Assembly (NCBI GenBank): GCA_964421865.1
Contig: CAYQZH010000005.1
Span: forward strand, 1 to 46,630
Length of the DNA: 46,630 nt
Source: an uncultured Phycisphaera sp.
GTDB lineage: Bacteria > Planctomycetota > Phycisphaerae > UBA1845
Direction of reading: 5' to 3'
The notes under the pieces were generated by a model that was given only the letters and a program-made list of their open reading frames with translations, did no database searches and had not been told where the DNA came from. Numbering within the stretch: position 1 is the first letter of the stretch; every line of letters begins with the position of its first letter. Both the position numbers and the translations under genes were made by a program. Of this stretch, positions 39,709 to 46,630 are shown piece after piece.

Positions 39709-39885
39709 GAGATAACCGAGCACTACATCACGGGTCGAAAAACGGCCTTGGCGCTGTCGAAATCGCGGTTTTTGGGGATTGATCCGGCTCGATGGTTCGA
39801 CCCAAGTAGTATCAGTTCGACCGGAAATGTAGTGCGAGAAATTTTCGCGGAATGGCATCGGAAACCGCGGTCAGGTTGGTATCCG
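39709..39885 (+). other. Cassette 3 left arm
   Basis: ACTACATCAC 39722-39731, AAGTAGT 39804-39810, ATGTAGT 39827-39833; clearly similar to 20099-20280. Confidence 0.75.
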
Positions 39886-40050
39886 CCTCGCTTGCAGAAC
39901 GGGTCAATCGAGCCTCACTCGTGGGTCTACGATCGAACAACGTCATACGACCATTGCGATTCTCAGTTCTGTTGCGCTGCCGCAGGAGCCCGTGTTGGTG
40001 TCAATGCCTCAATTGACGCAGGACCGGTCGTTCGGCCCGTTCATGGCAAT

Positions 40051-41644
40051 CTACTGGCCGGTGAAGGAAACGCTCATTTTGGCGAAGTCGGCGAGGTCCA
40101 CGGTTCCACGGGCGTTGATGTCGAAGCAGCGGCAATCCAGCTCGACGGCCTCTGCCGGACCCGTCAGACAACTCTCAAAAAGCCCGTGGTCGAATAGATC
40201 CACGTCGCCGTCGTCCTGACAGTCGCCCGGTGGGATTTCAAACCAGAAACCACCTGTCCGTTCGAAGTCGCCGCCGCTCAGGCGTCCGGCGTCGGCCTGT
40301 CCGATGGTGCCGGAGAGTTCGAACGCACCTCCGTTGCTTCGCACCACGCCCCCACCGTCAACTGTGTTCCAGGGCAAGTCGAGTTTGGTGGTCGGAGCGG
40401 TCGTGCCGATACCGACGTTTCCCGAAACTGGATTCAAGGAGAGATTCTGCCAGGCTGTTTGCGTCGCATCGTGGCCGCCGAGCGTCGCGACCCCGTTCAC
40501 TTCTCCGAGCACAACCGACGCGGCCTCGCCTCCTGCGGGGATTCCACCCTCCCAACTGGATCCAATTCCCTTGACCTGAAGCGCAAAGTGGGTGTGCGGC
40601 GTCGCGGTGCCAATGCCTGTCCGGCCCTGGACGATCAGGCCGTCGGTAGGGGCCGCATTGAGACCCGAATAGCTGGAGCCGATGGCCGCGGCGCCCTCGA
40701 CGTCCAACCGATTCGCCGGCACGCCGGTGCCGATTCCAACGTTGCCGTTGCCCTTGATGCGCAAGCTCGATAAATGAACTACTGGAACCGGCGCCGAAGG
40801 CGATGTCCGTGAGGACTCCGTCCGAATGCATCTGCAAGAGGCCCGGCTGAATTCCGAATCCGTAGTGGTTACTCGACTGCCCGTAAAGGCTGATCTTGTC
40901 GCCCCCGGTATCGGCGAACGAGAGTGGGAATCCTGGTGTCGTCGTCCCGACCCCGATGGACCCGCCAAAGTAGCTTTTTCCGTCGTCGAAATAGCCGGCG
41001 AACCCGTTGTTGGCCGCACTGCCGTAAACGCCGATGTCTTTTGTCGAGTCATAGAAGGAGAGCGCCGCAATCCCTGCGCGGCTTAGACTCACCACGCCCC
41101 AGGTCGCACTCGTGGAAGCAGACTGGTTCCCAAACGCCGCCAAGCCACCGCCGGAAATCGCCGCGCCATCGACGGCATCAACGGTAAGTACGGATCCCAG
41201 GATTCCCTGCGACGGCGCCCCTTTGATGACTGCCCCCGGACTGAGCATTAATGCGTGCGGTGTCGCGGTCAACGGCTGGCGCGGACTCAGCGTCGTGCCG
41301 TCCACCTCGATCTGCAGCCAACGGGCGCCGCCATCGAAGGCGCCAAGTCCGAATTCATCATGCGCCTTGACCGTCACGGTGAACAAGCCGTTCACGACCT
41401 CGACGCCGTTGATCGATTGTTCACTCCCGATCTGCGCGCCGCCGGTCGGCGGATCGCCCACGCCCGGTGAGTCGAAGAGCGTAAAGAGGAAATCCACGGT
41501 TCCATTCATGGGAAGACCGGCATCCTTGAGCTGTCCTTGGTAGGTGAACGAACCGGCCCAAGCCGGCGTTGTCAGGCAGGCCAAAAGAATTCCAAGTGTC
41601 AGGCAAGTTGCATGACACGAACCGTTCTGTCGGTCTCTTTCCAT
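40051..41644 (-). pseudogene. Secreted FTYQGxL / GNVGIGT fibre-like protein, frameshifted near 40765 and apparently fused to a WxTxDGGG-dockerin module
   Basis: GAGGAG RBS and ATG 41644, signal peptide, FTYQGQL. Frame switches from SSSFIE to LRIKGNGNVGIGT. Ends with DCQDDGDVDLFD...VDLADF..FTGQ. Confidence 0.75.
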
Positions 41645-41839
41645 CGACAATCTCCTCAACCATTCGAAGCGCCATCGAGTTCGTAGGCATCCTGCGACCA
41701 CGTCATCGCGTTGCGGTAGCCCACGTCCCGGCGCTTCCACCCTCATCCACACGATCTGGGCCCGGAACGGTCGGAAAAAGGCAAGATCGATGGGCAACGT
41801 CTGCTAACCGCCGCAACATGGCCGCTTCGGCCGTTCTTT

Positions 41840-41867
41840 TTGAGGCGGCAACCCCGAGCGATATAAT
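41840..41867 (+). promoter_or_regulatory. Sigma70-like promoter TTGAGG-N16-TATAAT for ECF gene
   Basis: Perfect -10 at 41862-41867, 35 nt upstream of TTG start. Confidence 0.5.
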
Positions 41868-41902
41868 GAAGTACCCCTGGGAACGCCCCACGGAGTCGCG
41901 CC

Positions 41903-42703
41903 TTGGAACAGCAAGCTGGAAATGTAACAGTCTTCCTAGCCCGACTCTCGGCGGGCGAGACCGGCGCGGCCGAACGCCTGCTTCCGGTAGTCTATGAGGA
42001 GCTCCGCGCATTGGCAGGCCATTACTTCAAGAAGCAGCGGTCGGACCACACTCTTCAGCCCACGGCTCTGGTCCACGAGGCTTACCTGAAGCTGATCGGT
42101 CAGGAGCGCCCTGAGTGGCAGAGTCGGGCGCATTTCCTGGCCGTGGCCGCGACCGCCATGCGCCAAATCCTGGTCAACCATGCTCGGGACCGAAAAGCGG
42201 TAAAACGCGGCGGAAGTGATCGACACCGGATCACCCTCGACCGGGCGCTCGCGGCCGTGGAGTCCGATGTCGTGGATGTCATCGACCTCGATGACTCGCT
42301 TTGCAGGCTGGCGGCGTTCAGCGAGCGGCAGGCGCGCGTGGTCGAACTACGAGCATTCGGCGGTCTGACCATCGAGGAGGCGGCGCACGTTTTGGGCGTC
42401 GGGCAGACCACAATCAAATCGGATTGGCAGTTCGCTAAGGCCTGGCTCAAGCGCGAACTGGCCGCGACCAACGGATGGACGCGGCTAGGCATGAGCGTAT
42501 CGTCGACATTTTTGTGCGCGCCAAGGCGTTGCCGTCGGAGCAGCGTCGCGGGCTTATCGATGAGGCCTGCGCCGAGGACCTCGGGCTGCGCGCCGAAATC
42601 GAGTCGCTTCTCGCTGCTGACGAACGCGAGGTCTCGTTTCTCGATGCTCCCCGAGAGGGTGGGGTCGTCGCGGTCATTGCTGGTCACGACGACGATGCGC
42701 TGA
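41903..42703 (+). CDS. ECF-type sigma factor (TIGR02999-like); sigma-like sequence ends ~42478, apparent stop-loss extension
   Basis: LLPVVYEELR, HTLQPTALVHEAYLKL, KRGG, WQFAKAWL. TGG at 42476-42478 sits where an ATGA overlap stop would be expected. Confidence 0.88.
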   Translation: MEQQAGNVTVFLARLSAGETGAAERLLPVVYEELRALAGHYFKKQRSDHTLQPTALVHEAYLKLIGQERPEWQSRAHFLAVAATAMRQILVNHARDRKAVKRGGSDRHRITLDRALAAVESDVVDVIDLDDSLCRLAAFSERQARVVELRAFGGLTIEEAAHVLGVGQTTIKSDWQFAKAWLKRELAATNGWTRLGMSVSSTFLCAPRRCRRSSVAGLSMRPAPRTSGCAPKSSRFSLLTNARSRFSMLPERVGSSRSLLVTTTMR

Positions 42704-45000
42704 TCGGGACACGCGTCGGTCCCTACGAGCTCCGGCGATTGGTGGCGACCGGGGGGATGGGCGTCGTCTACGAGGCTATGCAGCAACATCCGCACCGAAT
42801 CGTCGCCCTAAAGCTCATGCGCCACGGCTTCAGTTCAGCAAGCACGCTTCGTCGATTCCAGCTCGAAGCCGAAATGCTCGGGCGCTTGCAGCATGTCGGC
42901 ATCGCACAGGTTTACGACGCGGGGATTCACAAGTCGCCCACGGGCATGCAGATCCCGTACTTCGCAATGGAACTCATTCACGGCACCGCGCTTACGGAGT
43001 ACGCACAACAGCAGAGGCTTGGCACGCGTGATCGATTGGCCCTCCTAGCCAGCGTGTGCGACGCCGTAGAGCACGCCCATCAAAAAGGCGTCATTCATCG
43101 CGACTTGAAACCCGCCAATGTCCTGGTTGACGCCGGCGGGCAGCCTAAGGTTCTCGACTTCGGCATCGCCCGCGTGACGGACGCCGACCTCGGCACGACC
43201 ACCATGCCCACTTCCGTGGGACAGCTCTTGGGCACACTTCCCTACATGAGTCCTGAACAGACAAGCGGCAATCCTGCGGACTTGGATACCCGGTCGGACG
43301 TGTACTCGCTCGGCGTTATCCTCTACGAGTTGCTGACGGACCGTCTTCCCTATGATCTGAGTCAGCACTCGATCGCCGGCGCTGTACGCGTCATCCAGGA
43401 AACCGAACCGATTCGCTTGTCATCGATCAATCGCGTGTTACGCGGTGATCTCGAGACGCTCGCGGCTAAGGCGTTGGAGAAAGATAAGGAACACCGCTAC
43501 GGTTCGGCGGCCGCATTGGCGGCCGACATTCTTCGATATCTCATGGATCTGCCCCTGTCCGCGCGCCCGGCAAGCACGTTCTATCAACCCCGTAAGTTCG
43601 CAAAACGCAATCGCGGCCTGGTCGCAGCGGCGAGCCTGTGCTTGCTCCTGCTCGTCGGCGGAGTCACCGGAACGACTATGGGATGGGTCTCCTCGAATCG
43701 CGCCAACCGAAAGCTCGCCGAGGCCGTCGTCGAGGCTACCACGCAGCGCGACCGCGCCCGCGACAGCGAAGCTAAGGCTACGACGGAAGAAGCTAAGGCT
43801 ACGACGGAACTCGCCCGCAGCCAAGAAATCGCGGAGTTCATGCGGTCCATGCTACAGTCGGTGAACCCGGCGGTCGCCCGCGAGCGAGACACGACGCTGC
43901 TACGCGAAATCTTGGAGCGTGCGGTCAAAAAGATCGAGTCCGGCGAACTATCCGATCAATCGGTAGTCGAGGCGGAGATGCGATCAACGATCTCGGAGAC
44001 GTACGCCAGCATCGGCGACAACGCTGCTGCACTACGCGTGATTGAGCCGGCCATACAGATGGCACGCGCCGCTCCGGTTGACCAGGCAGCGTCGTTCCTC
44101 CATGCGAGGATTCTCTACGCGACCACGTTGGTCGTGTGGGGTCGATACGCCGACGCAAGGGCCGAATTCGAGCAGGCCGTGGCGATTCACCAAGGCGCGG
44201 GTCTCCCGGAGGATGAGCAAGCGGGCGTGCTCTACTCCAACTTTGGAGGAGTTCAGTCCCATCTCGGGAATGCGGAGTAAGCGCTGCAACTACATCAGCG
44301 TGCACTCGAAATCCGTAAACGCCTTCGGGGGGAGAAGTCGGGCGATGTCGCTGCCGCGATGGGAAACATCGCCGGTGTTCTACAGAACCTGGAGCGTTAC
44401 GACGAGGCGCTCCCGATGTTGCAGGATGCACTTGCGATCTACCGTGGCGCGGACCCGCCGCGCCTGCTGCACATCACCATCGTTGAAAACAACATGGCCG
44501 AGGTGCTTCTGCTGATGAACCGTCCGATTGACGCTGAGCAATTCGCACGAGACGCGCTCGAGATCTGTGTACGGGTTTTCAAGCCCGATCACCAGCAGAT
44601 TGGGTTTGCGACACATACTCTGGGCCTCGCCCTGCGTGTCCAGGACCGTCACGTTGAAGCCGTCGAGCAGTTCGCCAAGGCGGCGCAGATCGTCAGGAGC
44701 GCGTTTGCCGACAGCCATGAGTTTGTTGCGACGGCGCGGATGGACTTGGGCGTTGCGCTGGTCGCCACTGGCCGATACGCCGAGGCTGAACCAGAACTGC
44801 TCTCGGCCTGCAAGGCATTCGATGAGCGGGATGGCGGGCCGGAAACGTCGATCGAATGCATCCGCGCCGTGGTGGACTTGTACCGGGCCTGGGACAAAGG
44901 CGAGTTTGCCAACCGACATGACGCGGAATTGCTACGCTGGAGGGCCCGGCTCCACGAGCTCGACTCGCAGGCTCCATCCCAAACCCCAGGCGGGGATTAG
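42475..45000 (+). pseudogene. Ser/Thr kinase-TPR gene interrupted by in-frame TAA at 44278-44280
   Basis: HRDLKPAN, DFG, SPE; the same frame resumes ALQLHQRALEIRKRLRGE and continues through ORF 44359..45000. Confidence 0.88.
43768..43809 (+). repeat. Perfect 21-bp tandem duplication (EAKATTE x2)
   Basis: GAAGCTAAGGCTACGACGGAA twice. Confidence 0.95.
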
Positions 45001-45254
45001 GCCTGCGGCAGCTCCGAGTCCGTTGGCCTCAAAGCATAGCAAGCCGACCAGACGCTCATGTGGCGAAAAGCGTGGACGGTCGGTGCACGCTGGTCGCATG
45101 TCCCTGCTGGTCTAACGGGACCGGTCCTAATCCAGGGCCACCTGCCACACAGGTCGTTCGGCTGTGCGATGATCATGTCAGCGGGAAATGACCATTCCCC
45201 GGCATCCCTACTGCGGAGCCGAGGCAGTAACCCGCCGGCCTTCATCTCTATCCT

Positions 45255-45443
45255 GGCTTCGAGAGCATTCAGCTTTTCGAGCTGATGCTCAAATCGAGAA
45301 TCGGCGTTTTGGGGCCGCTAGGGCTTGTTTTGGCTGCCGATTCGAGTATCTTTGACGATTATGTAGTGCAAAGCGGCTTGTTCGAAATGTAGTGCAGAGA
45401 TCGGCGATAATGTAGCGTAAGTCATTGTCGTTGCGGTAGTTAC
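45255..45443 (+). other. Cassette 3 right arm
   Basis: Hairpin 45263-45290; ATGTAGT 45361 and 45387, ATGTAGC 45410, CGGTAGT 45434. Confidence 0.65.
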
Positions 45444-45515
45444 GCGGGCGTAGCTCAATGGTAGAGCATCAGCCTTCCAAGCTGAACGTTGACGGTTCGA
45501 GTCCGTTCGCCCGCT
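45444..45515 (+). tRNA. tRNA-Gly (anticodon TCC), CCA not encoded
   Basis: Cloverleaf: GCGGGCG/CGCCCGC acceptor, GCTC/GAGC D-stem, TCAGC-CTTCCAA-GCTGA anticodon arm, GACGG-TTCGAGT-CCGTT T-arm. Confidence 0.97.
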
Positions 45516-45592
45516 AGTGACGTAAAACAGGCTGAATTGCAGGGTTTTCTGCAATACCCGCGGTGACGCGGAGCGGCCATTACCAAGGCGGA

Positions 45593-45614
45593 TTCCGGGT
45601 AGGACTACCCGGAA
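45593..45614. promoter_or_regulatory. Perfect 10-bp inverted repeat upstream of integrase
   Basis: TTCCGGGTAG-GA-CTACCCGGAA, just before the GGAGG RBS. Confidence 0.5.
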
Positions 45615-45634
45615 CCCTTTTGGAGGCTGCTACC

Positions 45635-46630
45635 GTGCCAAGAAAACCCCCGGACGTACCCCCCTACAAGCTCCACAAGGTCACCCAACAAGGCTACGCC
45701 ATTTTCGACGGGCGGCGAAAGTACTTCGGGCGGCACGAACTGCCCAAGTCGCTAGCCAAGTACGATCAATACGTCGCCGAATGGCTGGCCGCCGGGCGGC
45801 GCGTCCCCGTCAAGGCGTCCGAGTTGACGATCGTCGAGTTGGTCAACGCCTTCCGTCGCCATTGTGAGGCCGACGCCTTGGACAAGCGCGGGCTGGCGGT
45901 CCACAAGTCGGCATGGACCGCGGTCGTCGAGTTGTACAGCGAGACGCCGGCGGCGGAGTTCGGACCCCTGAAGCTGAAGGCCGTCCGCGAGCGCTTGATC
46001 GTTGCGGGCAAGCGGCCCCGGTCCCGCCAGTACGTCAACAAGATGGTGAAGTCGGTACGGACCATTTTCAAAAGGAGCGTTGGTGAAGAGTTGGTCCCCG
46101 TGGCCGTCTACGAATCGCTGCGGACCGTGGACGGTTTGAAACACGGCAAGACGACCGCCCCGGAGTCCGAGCCGGTGAAGCCCGTCCCCCAAGAGCACGT
46201 TGACGCGATCCGGCCCTACCTGTCCCGCCAAGTCGCGGCCCTGATCGACCTGCAATTGTTGACCGCGGCGAGGCCGGGCGAGCTGGTCATCATGCGACCC
46301 GTGGACCTGGACACGACCGGCAAGGTATGGACCTACACCCCGGCGACGCACAAGACGGCCTACCGCGGCCACAAGCGGGCGATCTATCTCGGACCCAAGG
46401 CTCAAGAGGCCGTGCGTCCGTTCCTGGCAGGCCGTCCCGTGGAAGCGTTCCTATTCTCGCCCGCTGAGGCCGTGGCCGAGCAACGCGAGGATCGGCACGC
46501 CGCGCGGGTGACGCCGCTGAGTTGCGGCAACAAGCCGGGTAGCAACGTCAAGCGGCGCCCCCGGAAGCAACCCGGCGATCGCTACGACAGCCGGGCCTAC
46601 TATGGAGCGGTCCAGTACGCTTGCCAGCGG
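45635..46630 (+). CDS. Tyrosine recombinase / phage-type integrase (3' end outside window; not in ORF track)
   Basis: GTG 45635 after GGAGG; open frame MPRKPPDVPPYKLHK...EFGPLKLKAVR...LQLLTAARPGEL (catalytic Arg box)...HKTAYRG..R.IYLGPKAQ; 120 bp after the tRNA. Confidence 0.92.
   Translation, partial: MPRKPPDVPPYKLHKVTQQGYAIFDGRRKYFGRHELPKSLAKYDQYVAEWLAAGRRVPVKASELTIVELVNAFRRHCEADALDKRGLAVHKSAWTAVVELYSETPAAEFGPLKLKAVRERLIVAGKRPRSRQYVNKMVKSVRTIFKRSVGEELVPVAVYESLRTVDGLKHGKTTAPESEPVKPVPQEHVDAIRPYLSRQVAALIDLQLLTAARPGELVIMRPVDLDTTGKVWTYTPATHKTAYRGHKRAIYLGPKAQEAVRPFLAGRPVEAFLFSPAEAVAEQREDRHAARVTPLSCGNKPGSNVKRRPRKQPGDRYDSRAYYGAVQYACQR

Larger units (their letters stand above)
39673..45443. mobile_element. 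Cassette/genomic islet 3 (5,771 bp), decayed
   Basis: Between tRNA-half copy 3 and the intact tRNA; all three genes carry lesions. Confidence 0.8.

Noticed and set aside
44278-44280. Programmed readthrough or recoding of the kinase stop
   Set aside because: It is TAA, and the neighbouring genes are also damaged, so decay is the simpler explanation.

Overview
GC-rich bacterial DNA, most likely Planctomycetota (Phycisphaerae-like), judged from the ECF sigma/Ser-Thr kinase pairs, dockerin-like tails and integrase type. Almost the whole window is a tandem array of three integrase-less cassettes stacked upstream of an intact tRNA-Gly(TCC) at 45444-45515. Each cassette begins with a copy of the 5' half of that tRNA (523, 20061, 39673) that stops at the anticodon loop, followed by a conserved non-coding arm with fixed-spaced ACTACAT/A(A/T)GTAGT boxes. 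Related boxes occur at the cassette right ends. The cassettes are 19,538, 19,612 and 5,771 bp, and each has minus-strand secreted cargo transcribed divergently from an ECF sigma factor + membrane Ser/Thr kinase-TPR pair. Cassette 1 carries a metalloprotease/beta-helix protein, Ig-like and Cys-rich proteins, and is subdivided by three direct copies of a second ~90-bp site. Cassette 2 carries a signal-peptide-bearing, Tc-toxin-like operon (SpvB/TcB-RHS fusion, putative TcA-like protein, two accessory genes) with matching back-to-back ECF-type promoters. Cassette 3 is decayed. The array is flanked by a partial ISKra4-like transposase on the left and a partial tyrosine integrase just downstream of the tRNA. 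Family assignments come from motifs read by eye; no database search was run.
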